Assembly: GCA_964488255.1 (NCBI GenBank)
Contig: CAZAUR010000018.1
Location: forward strand, 6,596 to 70,595
Direction: 5' to 3'
From: an uncultured Spirochaetaceae bacterium
Lineage (GTDB): Bacteria; Myxococcota_A; UBA9160; UBA4427
Length of the DNA stretch: 64,000 nt
A model generated the notes under the pieces. That model was not told the origin of the DNA. It was given only the letters and a program-made list of their open reading frames with translations, and did not search any database. Positions 38,678 to 47,853 of this stretch are shown in pieces; positions within the stretch are counted from its first letter, which is position 1; every line of letters begins with the position of its first letter. Both the position numbers and the translations under genes were made by a program.

Positions 38678-40168
38678 TCAATGTGCGGCTTCCACGGCCA
38701 TCAGGATCCAGTCCCGCAAGAACGGTGGCGTGTAGAAACCCAGTATCACGACAAGCACCAGAGCAATGAATGCCGGCAGCGTGTCGCCGAGCCGCTCCCC
38801 CGCCCAATATGGAGGGTGCGTCGCAGTCGCGGGCGCCGAGCTCGAGGTCCACTCGCGCTTCTCGGCCGTGTCCGACGCATCCGACAGCTCGGGCGGTGGT
38901 CCAAGAGCGATTCGCAGCACTGTGTTCCCCATACCGACGAACACGAAGAAGAGCAGCGCGAGGAACACACAACCGGCCAGCGTCCGGCCCCCCGAGAACG
39001 CTCCGCCCAGCATCATGACCTCGCTCACGAACGGCCCGAATCCCGGTGCTCCGGTGATCGCGAAGAACCCGGCGACGAACGCCGCGCCCGACCACGGCAC
39101 GCGCCGCAGCACGCCCTTCATCTGCCGCATGTCGCGGGTGCCGTACGCGTGATACAGATTTCCAGCCGTGAGGAACAGCACGCCCTTGCACAGGCCGTTG
39201 TGCACGACGTGCAGCAGCGCGGCGATCACTCCGACGCCGCCCACGCCCAGTCCGAACGCCATCATGCCCATATGCTCGACGCTGGAATACGCAACCAGCC
39301 TCTTGATGTCCGTCTGTCGTCCGATCGATACTGCCGAGACCGCCATCGAGAATAGGCCGATGAAGATCAGCATCGGCTGAATGTCCCGTGCGTGTCCGGC
39401 CGCCGAGATGATCAGATACACGCGCAGAATGCCGAGGAACGCACAGTTCAGCAGGGCACCGGACAGGAGTGCGGAGACCACCGCTGGCGATTCGCCGTGC
39501 GCGTCCGGCAGCCACGTGTGCATTGGAGCGAGTCCCATCTTCGTGCCGTATCCAACCAGGACGAACACGAACGCTACGTGGAGCCAAGGCGCCGACAGCT
39601 CTCCAGCATGGACCATCAGGTCTTCGAACAGCAATGAGTGCAGTCCGCAGTGGAGAGAGGCGTATGCGAGACACAGCGTTCCCAGCAGCGCCAGCGCGAT
39701 GCCCACCGAGCAGAGCATCAAATACTTCCAAGTCGCTTCCAGCGCCCGCTGGGTGTGCTCGAAGTACACGCACGGAGCGGTCGCCAACGTCGTGGCTTCG
39801 ACGGCGATCCACATGAGTCCCAGGTGGTGCGCCGTGATCACAGCCGTCATGGACGAAAGCGACGCCAGAAGGCACGCGCACAGGATGCGGTTCGAGCGGC
39901 CGCCGTTGCTCCGCAGGTACGCCGGCAAGTACGTCGCCAGGATGAGAAAGAAGAGGCTGATGAACGACAGGAAGAAGCGGCTTTGTGCGTCGATTCTCAG
40001 CCAGCCCGGCGGTCCGGTCGGCAGCGGCTGTGTGACGGCAAACAGCGTCAGCAGCGCATGACACGCCGCTCCTGCCGGCACGATCCAGGGGCGCCACCGG
40101 TTCGATGGCACGGCCAGCGCCAGCCCCGCGGCGATCAGCGGCGTCAGGATCAGCACGGTTGACAGCAT
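38678..40168 (-). CDS. hyfF: Hydrogenase-4 component F-like membrane subunit, copy 1
   Basis: HHLGLMW.AVEATTLA, ALEATWKYL, GYGTKMGLAPMHTWLPDAH, KRLVAYSSVEHMG. Start placed at ATG 40168 by RBS. Confidence 0.9.
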   Translation of the reverse strand: MLSTVLILTPLIAAGLALAVPSNRWRPWIVPAGAACHALLTLFAVTQPLPTGPPGWLRIDAQSRFFLSFISLFFLILATYLPAYLRSNGGRSNRILCACLLASLSSMTAVITAHHLGLMWIAVEATTLATAPCVYFEHTQRALEATWKYLMLCSVGIALALLGTLCLAYASLHCGLHSLLFEDLMVHAGELSAPWLHVAFVFVLVGYGTKMGLAPMHTWLPDAHGESPAVVSALLSGALLNCAFLGILRVYLIISAAGHARDIQPMLIFIGLFSMAVSAVSIGRQTDIKRLVAYSSVEHMGMMAFGLGVGGVGVIAALLHVVHNGLCKGVLFLTAGNLYHAYGTRDMRQMKGVLRRVPWSGAAFVAGFFAITGAPGFGPFVSEVMMLGGAFSGGRTLAGCVFLALLFFVFVGMGNTVLRIALGPPPELSDASDTAEKREWTSSSAPATATHPPYWAGERLGDTLPAFIALVLVVILGFYTPPFLRDWILMAVEAAH

Positions 40169-40222
40169 TTGCGCCACCTCCGCTCAGCGGGCCGGCCCTC
40201 CGGCCCTTCGCGACCCGTATGC

Positions 40223-40903
40223 TCATTCTTTGAGACTCGACAGGTGTTCGATGCTCGCTTCGGGAAACGCCCGGCTCACGTGGTTGAAGATGATTCCCAT
40301 CACGAACACGCCGACGAACAGGTCCAATACGATGCCCAGCTCGACCATGATCGGCACGGCTTCGATCAGTAGCAGTCCGAAAATGAAGATGCCGTTTTCG
40401 AGCACGATGTAACCCAGCACCTGCCCGAGTGCCTCTCGGCGAGTGCTGAGCATCAGGAACCCGCACACGACCGTCGCGAGCGCGGCCGGGATCGGCAGAT
40501 GGCTGCCGTGCTCGGTCGCCATCGGCAGGTTGCGGGCGAACGCGATGGCGAGCACCGTGCCTAATGCGCCGATCAAGAGCGGCAGCACGATTCCCACCGT
40601 CGACGTCACCTGCGAACGCACGTCCGCGAGTCGCACGGCCCGCGACAGCAGCCGCGGAATCACCCATCCCTTGATTGCGACGATCGCGACCGTAAGCCCG
40701 AACAGACGCAGCATCGCGACGGCACCCATCTCATGTCCGCCCCCGAGCAGATCCGCATGCGCCACCGGATACAGAAGCCCCAGAAGTGCTCCCTGGATGG
40801 CCACGGCATTGATGACCTCTTTCAGACTGCTCACCGTCAGCACATAGAAGTTGAGCAGAAGGGCGATCACCAGTCCGGGGTCGAGTAGTAGGCCACTCAT
40901 CAT
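40223..40903 (-). CDS. hyfE: Hydrogenase-4 component E-like subunit
   Basis: AVAIQG.LL, KG.VIP.LL.RA, QVLGYIVLENGIF.FG, VELG..LDLFVGVFVMGI. Confidence 0.9.
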   Translation of the reverse strand: MMSGLLLDPGLVIALLLNFYVLTVSSLKEVINAVAIQGALLGLLYPVAHADLLGGGHEMGAVAMLRLFGLTVAIVAIKGWVIPRLLSRAVRLADVRSQVTSTVGIVLPLLIGALGTVLAIAFARNLPMATEHGSHLPIPAALATVVCGFLMLSTRREALGQVLGYIVLENGIFIFGLLLIEAVPIMVELGIVLDLFVGVFVMGIIFNHVSRAFPEASIEHLSSLKE

Positions 40904-40919
40904 CCAGTTCCATCCCGCC

Positions 40920-41849
40920 TCACGGATAACTCACCAGCAGAATCACGGCGAAGAGTGACACCACGCCTGACCCGATCAGGAGGGTCGGAACCTCCACCAT
41001 CTTCAATCGGGCCATGACCGACTCGACGGTTCCGATCAGCACGCCGACGAGCAGCGTTCCCAACAGGAATACCACCCAGTCGACGATTGGGCTCCCCGTG
41101 GCGAAGGGCAGAACGAGGTTCACGATCATTCCGGCGAAGACGAACAGTTTGATCGAGGCTCCGTAGACGATCGCTCCGAGAGCGGGTCCGCTGTGGTCGA
41201 GCACCATGACTTCGTGAATCATCGTCAGCTCGAGGTGCGTGTTCGGGTCGTCGAAAGGGATGCGCGAGTTTTCGACGAGCAGCACCGCGAACCAGCTCGC
41301 CACGACCAGCAGCAGCGGCGCGGCGGACGTCATCCAGCCGGTTGCCACCTCATCGCCCAACAGACCGCTCATCGAGAGCGACCCGCTGATTCGCGACAGC
41401 GCCAGCAGTCCGAGAAAGAGCACGGCTTCCGCCAGGCAGGCGAATGTCGCTTCTCGCACCGAGCCCATGCCCTCGAACGCGGAACCCGTATCGAGTGCCG
41501 CGGTCATCGTGAAGAAGCGTCCCAGCGCGAGCACGTATGCGAATAGAATCACATCGCCGGAAAACGACAGCGGAGCGCTCGCGTGACCCAGCGGCACGAT
41601 CAGCCCGGCAACCAGCGCCGTCGTCAATCCGACGATCGGCCCGAACCGAAACACCCACGTCGTCGTCTCGCTGAAGACGCTGTCCTTTCGCAGGAGCTTG
41701 GCGAGGTCGTAGTACGTCTGCAGGATCGGCTGCCCGCGCCGACCCCCGAATTTCGCCTTCGTCCGGTTGATGATCCCCAGCAGCAGGGGCGGGAACGTGA
41801 GAAGGGCGACCACGTGGATCAGCGTGTGAACGGAGAGGGAGTCGAACAT
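40920..41849 (-). CDS. hyfC: Hydrogenase-4 component C / NuoH-like subunit
   Basis: GRRGQP.LQ.YYDL.KLLRK, ALDTGSAFEGMGSVREA, ENSRIPFDDPNTHLELTMIHEVM.LDHSG. Confidence 0.93.
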   Translation of the reverse strand: MFDSLSVHTLIHVVALLTFPPLLLGIINRTKAKFGGRRGQPILQTYYDLAKLLRKDSVFSETTTWVFRFGPIVGLTTALVAGLIVPLGHASAPLSFSGDVILFAYVLALGRFFTMTAALDTGSAFEGMGSVREATFACLAEAVLFLGLLALSRISGSLSMSGLLGDEVATGWMTSAAPLLLVVASWFAVLLVENSRIPFDDPNTHLELTMIHEVMVLDHSGPALGAIVYGASIKLFVFAGMIVNLVLPFATGSPIVDWVVFLLGTLLVGVLIGTVESVMARLKMVEVPTLLIGSGVVSLFAVILLVSYP

Positions 41850-41967
41850 GGTCATTCTCCGTCTACCTCGCCACGTTGGCCCGAGCGCCGGCCGCGCGAT
41901 CCGTCCACAGTCGGCCGACGGCTACGTCGCCAATGATTTCGCCGTTTCTGGTCGGGACGGTCTGTCC

Positions 41968-43968
41968 TCATGGTGAACCTCCGGGCTGCCACATCAGCAA
42001 CCCGACGACGATCACCAGGATGTACAGCAAGTACGCGTGCAGGCTGCCCTGCTGGATGTACCTCGACAGGCCGAACAACCAGGTCAGGGCGCGCGTGACC
42101 GGAAGAACTGCGTTCTCCAGCACGGTGTCGTGAACGTGACTCTCGAAGGGCGTGTCTTTCGGGAAGATCACGTCGATCTTCGGGCGATGCACGACTGGTC
42201 GCAGAGCCCAACCGAACAAGTCGACCAACCATTGCGCGAACGAACTCGATGAGTACTGCATCCGCGGCGACGGAGCCGCATAACCGCAATCCCATGTCGG
42301 TGACGACGGCGAATTGCGCACGCGCAGCAGCAGAGCGCTCGATCCGACCAGCAGGAGACCGATCAATAGCGCCGCGATGATGCTCACCGGCCCGAGCGGT
42401 GTGAGGCTGTCCAGTGGGACACCGGAGATGTCGGCCGAAGTTCCCACTGTGGCATTCGCCCACGCCCTGGCCGCGTCGTCCAGCACTGGAGCGAAGAGCG
42501 ACGGGGCGACTCCGATCAGCACGCAGCATCCGCTCAGCACCCACATCGGACCCGTCATCGCGCGACCGGACTCGTGCGCGTGAGCGGCCTTGTCTCCGCG
42601 CGGCGCGCCCAGGAACACGATCCCGTACACCTTGACGAAGCACGCGACCGCGAGCGCTCCGACCAGGGCGAGTCCAGGCGCCGCGAGCGCTGCGGCCGAG
42701 GCCAGCGACGTCGGTTCCGCCTGAATCGTCTTGAACAGGCCGAGATAGATCATCAACTCGGACACGAACCCGTTCAGCGGAGGCAGACCGCAGATCGCCA
42801 CGGCTCCGATCAGGAAGCACGTCGCGGTCACGGGCATCCGTCGACCGAGCCCGCCCATCACGTCCAGCTCGCGCGTTTCCATGCTGTGGACGACCGACCC
42901 GGCTCCGAAGAACAACAGCGACTTGAATAGCGCGTGATTCCAGACGTGCAGAAGCGCGCCGCCGATCCCCAGCAGCACCCACTCTGCGTGCCCGGTGGCA
43001 CGGCCGATCAGGGCCAGGCCCAGGCCCATCACGATGATTCCGATGTTCTCGATGCTGTGGTAGGCCAGCAGCCGTTTGAGATCGTGCTGGCCGATTGCGA
43101 ATGCGACCCCGAGAATCGCCGAGATCGTTCCAGCCGCGAGCGTGATCATCCCCCACGACAGCGGAATTTCGGGGAAGAAGGACGCGGTGCGAAAGATGCC
43201 GTAGATGCCCATCTTGATCATGACGCCGGACATGACGGCCGACACGTGGCTCGGCGCCGCGGCGTGCGCACCCGGCAGCCACACGTGCATCGGCATCAGC
43301 CCAGCCTTGGTCCCGAAGCCGAAGAGGCCAAGAGCGGCCATGATCACGGCCGCGGTCGTCGTCGAACTGGGAAGCGTCGAAAAGGCGAACGATCCCGTCT
43401 GCGAATAGAGCAGCGCGAACACGCCGAACGCGGACAGCGTGGCGAAATGGCTGGCTGCGATGTAGAGCCACGACGCCTTGCGGGTTTCTTCGATGTGGTC
43501 TTCCGTCGCCACCAGGAAGAGCGCGGAGACGGCCATCGTTTCCCAGCCGAGCAGAAATAGCAGGCCGTCTCCTGCCGCGACCAGCGTGATCATCGCAGCC
43601 GTCATCAGCCCGAGAAACAGCGATACCCGCCGAGCGTTGGGCGCCCCGTCTCCCTGCGGCCAGTACTGCAGCCCGTAGATCGAAGCGAGCCCGCACACCA
43701 GCAGAATCGGCACGAGGAAGAACGTCGACAAGCCGTCCATCGCGACGATGAAATCGAATCCGGCGATCGGCGTCGGCAGCAGGAGTGGGTCAGCCGGACC
43801 GTCTGCGTAGAAGGTCCACACGGCACCGAGTCCACAGCCACAACCGGCCACGTTGAGAAGGGTCGCCAGCCTCTGCCCGATGCTCGAGCGCACCGGCAGC
43901 AGCAGCGCAGGAAGGCCGCTCGAGGCGGTGAGTGAAGCGGCGAGAACGACGAGCGCGTGAGCGTTCAT
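41968..43968 (-). CDS. hyfB: Hydrogenase-4 component B-like subunit
   Basis: FL.GWE.MA, GFGTKAG..P.HVWLP.AH.AAPSHVSA.MSGVMIK, DLKRLLAYHSIENIGII, GLPPLNGFVSE, MQYS..SF. Start placed at ATG 43968. Confidence 0.93.
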   Translation of the reverse strand: MNAHALVVLAASLTASSGLPALLLPVRSSIGQRLATLLNVAGCGCGLGAVWTFYADGPADPLLLPTPIAGFDFIVAMDGLSTFFLVPILLVCGLASIYGLQYWPQGDGAPNARRVSLFLGLMTAAMITLVAAGDGLLFLLGWETMAVSALFLVATEDHIEETRKASWLYIAASHFATLSAFGVFALLYSQTGSFAFSTLPSSTTTAAVIMAALGLFGFGTKAGLMPMHVWLPGAHAAAPSHVSAVMSGVMIKMGIYGIFRTASFFPEIPLSWGMITLAAGTISAILGVAFAIGQHDLKRLLAYHSIENIGIIVMGLGLALIGRATGHAEWVLLGIGGALLHVWNHALFKSLLFFGAGSVVHSMETRELDVMGGLGRRMPVTATCFLIGAVAICGLPPLNGFVSELMIYLGLFKTIQAEPTSLASAAALAAPGLALVGALAVACFVKVYGIVFLGAPRGDKAAHAHESGRAMTGPMWVLSGCCVLIGVAPSLFAPVLDDAARAWANATVGTSADISGVPLDSLTPLGPVSIIAALLIGLLLVGSSALLLRVRNSPSSPTWDCGYAAPSPRMQYSSSSFAQWLVDLFGWALRPVVHRPKIDVIFPKDTPFESHVHDTVLENAVLPVTRALTWLFGLSRYIQQGSLHAYLLYILVIVVGLLMWQPGGSP

Positions 43969-44457
43969 CCGCATTCTCCGGAGTCTGCACTCTGCGATCG
44001 GTGTGATCGGTGTGATCGAACAGGAACGCGGCGGCCATTCCCGGTCGCCTGGGCGCTGCCATTTCGGCAGGCCCCCCGAACCGTCGAACATCGAACGGCA
44101 AGTTCACAAGACACTCGGCAGATTCGCAGTCTCATCTCCGACTCATCGCTTTCGGACCAATCCACCAGCTCGTTCTCCGTTCCGCGAGTGAAAACGCCCC
44201 CGTCAATCGTCGTAGTCCGTCCTGGTCGACTCGATCTCTCCCTGAATCCTGCTCGGGCGACGCGCGCCGCCTGCAAGCCGGAGCGCTGAGACCGGTAGAG
44301 TCGCTAGTATCTTCCAGGTCAGTCAAGACGACGCCTCGCAGGCGCGCAGGCACGGCTTTACTTCGACCGATGGATTCCCGCCGTGAAGGCTGGTGCGCGT
44401 CTCTGCTCGTGAGTATCGTATGCTTCCAGCCGTCTCCGCCAGCGTCAGTCGACTTGA

Positions 44458-44473
44458 TGTCATGTAGTTCACA
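44458..44473. promoter_or_regulatory. CRP/FNR-family box candidate in the divergent hyfB / PTS-IIA promoter region
   Basis: TGTCA-tgtagt-TCACA has one mismatch to TGTGA-N6-TCACA. Confidence 0.3.
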
Positions 44474-44628
44474 GTCGGGCAATACAGCGTTCATGGACGA
44501 CCGCCATTGTATTGCGACGCCTGAGCACGCTCGTCCTGGCAGCCATGCTCGAGGGAGAATCGACCGGCAAGGGGAGACGTGCAGTCCGCGACTGAGGGTC
44601 GTGTGCTTGGACGAGTGAGGGCACTTCG

Positions 44629-45330
44629 ATGGAACTCAGTCTCAAACAGGCGGCAGAGGTGTTCGACGTTCCCGAGCGAACCATCGTCGACTGGATACGC
44701 GACGACGGGCTGCCGGCGGAGCTGGTCTCCGATCAATACCGGTTTCACCGAGCGGACTTGCTCGAATGGGCAGCCACTCGCAGGCGCGCGTTCAAGTCCG
44801 AGATCTACCTGCGCGCGAACGGCGATCTGACGGAGTCGGGCACGCATCTGGCCGACGCGCTCGAGCACGGAGGTGTGTTGCGTGACGTGGTCGGTTCGAG
44901 CCTCCGCGACTGCCTGTCCGTGGCGCTGGAAGGCTTGCCGATTCCGGACTCGCTCGGGCTCGACGCGCTGCTCGATCTCATCGTTCAACGCTCGGACGGT
45001 GGTTGCATCGCGGTCGGAAATGGGGTCGGGATACCGCATCCGCGAAGACCCATACTGCTCGACGTACCTGGACCTCACGTGCGCCTGTGTTATTTGAGAG
45101 AGCCACTCGACGTGACGGGGCCGGACGGCCGCGGCGTCGACAAGCTGTTCGTGATGCTCAGCCCGTCCACACACGAGCATCTGCAGCTACTCGCACGCCT
45201 CGGGGCCGTGCTCCAGACCGAATCAGTCCAGCAGGCGCTCGAGCAGAAGCTGGACCTCGACCCCCTGTGTCGCGTGATCCGCGATGCTGGTCGGAGCTTT
45301 CATGAGAAGACACCCGCTTCATCCACATAG
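44629..45330 (+). CDS. Excisionase-type HTH + PTS EIIA (nitrogen-regulatory-like) fusion
   Basis: LSLKQAAEVFDVPERTI..WIR...LPA......YRF.R.DLLEWA, then GVGIPHPR (phospho-His) and HL.LL.RL. Confidence 0.88.
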   Translation: MELSLKQAAEVFDVPERTIVDWIRDDGLPAELVSDQYRFHRADLLEWAATRRRAFKSEIYLRANGDLTESGTHLADALEHGGVLRDVVGSSLRDCLSVALEGLPIPDSLGLDALLDLIVQRSDGGCIAVGNGVGIPHPRRPILLDVPGPHVRLCYLREPLDVTGPDGRGVDKLFVMLSPSTHEHLQLLARLGAVLQTESVQQALEQKLDLDPLCRVIRDAGRSFHEKTPASST

Positions 45331-45434
45331 CCCAGGCGCCCATCCGACCCCACCGTCGGACGGTGGTCTCCGGCTTGCGGCAGAGCGAGGCACATCTGTG
45401 CGCTTTGGCGAGCGTGCCTTAAGCGGATCCGACG

Positions 45435-46976
45435 ATGCCCTCACCTGACGATCTTCTTCGGACGTCGAACTGCCAGCCGGTCGCGCTGGCGGACGTACCG
45501 CTGCTCGACCGCGATGGTTTTGCCGCCTGGCTGTCCGGAGAACTCGACGGCAATTCCAGCGGACTGTCCGCATTGTTCGGCGTCCCGCAGTCTGCACATT
45601 CGGTGCGCCTGTACGCGGTGACGAATCATCCGAGAACGGCCGAGCTACGATTCATGGCCACGGACGTTGGCGAATCGTACGTCGCGTTCACACCGGAGAT
45701 CCCTCGGGCACACTGGTTCGAGCGCGAGATCGCCGAACAGTGGGGCATCGTGCCCGAAGGGCATCCGTGGCTGAAGCCGATCCGCTCTCACCACGCGTAC
45801 GTGAAAGGCCGCGACGCGTGGGGTCGCTCCTCGGAGGATGCGATCCTGCCCAGCGTTCAGCCGCCGGGTACGGACTACTTCAAAGTCACAGGGGATGAGA
45901 TCCACGAAGTCGCAGTCGGCCCCGTGCATGCCGGTGTGATCGAACCCGGTCATTTCCGCTTTCAGTGCCACGGCGAGAACGTGTTCTCGCTGGAGATCGA
46001 ACTCGGCTTCCAGCATCGCGGAATCGAGCGGGCTCTCCTCGGAGGTCCCGACAAGCGGTCGCTGCATCACATGGAAACACTCGCCGGTGACACGACGATC
46101 GGACACAGCACGGCGTATAGTCAGTTGCTGGAGGGACTCGCTGGAATCGAAGCACCCTTGCGCGCGCAATCGATCCGCTGCGTGGCACTGGAACTCGAGC
46201 GGTTGGCGAATCACACGGGCGATCTCGGTGCTCTGGCGATGGACGTCGGCTTCCTGCCCACCTCCTCTTTCTGTGGACGGCTGCGCGGCGACTGGCTGAA
46301 CGCCTCGGCGCTCATCTGCGGAAACCGGTTCGGACGGTCGCTGGCGCGGCCCGGCGGATCGCGATGGGACATCGACGAGGGCAAGGCCGAAGAACTCGTG
46401 GCGCGGACGAATGCTGCATTCGAGGACGTGACCGGAGCGGTGGAATTGCTGTGGAATACGCCGAGCGTGAGATCTCGATTCGACGGCTGCGGCGAGATCC
46501 CACGAACCCTCGCCGAAGAGCTCGGACTGGTCGGCATGGCGGCGCGGGCCTGCGGCATCGGCCGCGATGCACGCCGTGATTTTCCATTCGGGATCTACCG
46601 GTTCTCCCAGGTGCCGACTGCGATCTGGCATACGGGGGACGTGTTCGCTCGGGCCTATGTTCGCTGGCTGGAGATCGATCGATCGGTGCCGTTCGTCCTC
46701 GAGCAGCTCCAGTCGCTCCCTCGTGGCGAGATCCGTCGCGATGTCGGTTCACTACAGCCGGACGCGCTGGCGGTCTCGATCACCGAAGGCTGGCGTGGCG
46801 AGATCTGCCACGTGGCGATCACGGATTCAGACGGCCGATTCGCTCACTACAAAGTCGTGGATCCGAGTTTCCACAATTGGATCGGCCTCGCGATGGCGCT
46901 GAGAAACCAGGGAATCAGCGACTTCCCAGTCAACAACAAGAGCTTCAATCTCAGCTATTGCGGACACGACCTCTGA
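45435..46976 (+). CDS. HyfG/HycE-like (NuoC+D) large subunit lacking NiFe ligands (Ehr type)
   Basis: AHWFEREIAE.WG..P.GHPWLKP.R, VAVGPVHAGVIEPGHFRF, LG.QHRG.E, EGWRGE, KVVDPSFHNW. L1 reads ETLAGDTTIGH and L2 reads SFNLSYCGHDL, with no CxxC pairs. Confidence 0.9.
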   Translation: MPSPDDLLRTSNCQPVALADVPLLDRDGFAAWLSGELDGNSSGLSALFGVPQSAHSVRLYAVTNHPRTAELRFMATDVGESYVAFTPEIPRAHWFEREIAEQWGIVPEGHPWLKPIRSHHAYVKGRDAWGRSSEDAILPSVQPPGTDYFKVTGDEIHEVAVGPVHAGVIEPGHFRFQCHGENVFSLEIELGFQHRGIERALLGGPDKRSLHHMETLAGDTTIGHSTAYSQLLEGLAGIEAPLRAQSIRCVALELERLANHTGDLGALAMDVGFLPTSSFCGRLRGDWLNASALICGNRFGRSLARPGGSRWDIDEGKAEELVARTNAAFEDVTGAVELLWNTPSVRSRFDGCGEIPRTLAEELGLVGMAARACGIGRDARRDFPFGIYRFSQVPTAIWHTGDVFARAYVRWLEIDRSVPFVLEQLQSLPRGEIRRDVGSLQPDALAVSITEGWRGEICHVAITDSDGRFAHYKVVDPSFHNWIGLAMALRNQGISDFPVNNKSFNLSYCGHDL

Positions 46977-47055
46977 CATCGAATGTCGTGTGAGCGGCGA
47001 CCGACGAGGGATCGCGCAGGCTCGATACCCGACGCTCAAAACTGGACGAGAACCC

Positions 47056-47826
47056 ATGCTCAAAGTCCTTCGCGAACGCATGAATCAGGGCTACCGGACG
47101 ATGTCCTGGCCGGCCGGCGCCCCCCCCGAGATGCCCGACCGCTACCGCGGTCTGCCGGCGATCGACGCGACCAGGTGCCCCGACGGTTGCCGCGAATGCG
47201 TCGACGTGTGTCCCACCGACGCCATCGAGCGCGCACCGAGTTCGATGAAACTCGATCTGGGCAAGTGTCTGTTCTGCACCGATTGCATCGACGCCTGCCC
47301 GGAGGGCGCGATCGAATTCAGCAGTGAGTTTCGCATGGCGTTCGACAAGCGCGCGAGTCTCGTGCTCGACGGCAAGGCGGTCGAAATGGCTCAGGCGCTC
47401 GACGAGAAGGCGCGCCGGATGTTCGGGCGCTCGCTGCAGTTGCGGCAAGTCAGTGCGGGTGGCTGCAATGCATGCGAAGCCGACATCAATGTCCTGGGGA
47501 CGATCGGCTTCGATCTCGGCCGATTCGGTATCCACATGGTCGCCTCGCCGCGCCACGCCGACGGTTTGGTCATCACCGGACCCGTTACCGAGAACATGCG
47601 ACTGGCTCTGGAGAAGACCTACGCGGCGACCCCGGCGCCGAAATTCGTGATCGCCGTCGGGGCCTGCGCGATTTCCGGCGGGCCCTTCCGGGACCACCCC
47701 GAGCAGAACAATGGCGCCGACAGCGTTCTTCCTGTCGACCTGTACATCCCGGGCTGTCCACCACACCCGATGACGATCCTCGACGGCCTCTTACGGATGC
47801 TGGGCCGGGTCGAGGAACGGGTCTGA
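47056..47826 (+). CDS. 2x[4Fe-4S] ferredoxin fused to NuoB/HyfI-like small subunit
   Basis: CPDGCRECVDVCP, CLFCTDCIDACP, GGCNACE, SPRHADGL..TGPVT.NM, VGACAISGG, YIPGCPPHP. Confidence 0.92.
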   Translation: MLKVLRERMNQGYRTMSWPAGAPPEMPDRYRGLPAIDATRCPDGCRECVDVCPTDAIERAPSSMKLDLGKCLFCTDCIDACPEGAIEFSSEFRMAFDKRASLVLDGKAVEMAQALDEKARRMFGRSLQLRQVSAGGCNACEADINVLGTIGFDLGRFGIHMVASPRHADGLVITGPVTENMRLALEKTYAATPAPKFVIAVGACAISGGPFRDHPEQNNGADSVLPVDLYIPGCPPHPMTILDGLLRMLGRVEERV

Positions 47827-47853
47827 CGCGCGGCGCGAGCGATCGTCAGACGT

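Noticed and set aside
38472-43696. Long alternative-frame ORFs 38472-40667 and 41852-43696
   Set aside because: Arg/Ala-rich off-frame shadows of hyfE/hyfF and hyfB, whose true frames carry the family motifs.
44132-44494. 120-aa ORF in the hyfB / PTS-IIA gap
   Set aside because: Atypical composition with no motif; more likely divergent promoter DNA.
45435-46976. Group 4 [NiFe]-hydrogenase / formate hydrogenlyase
   Set aside because: Both Ni-binding CxxC motifs are absent, and no maturation or fdhF genes are in the window.
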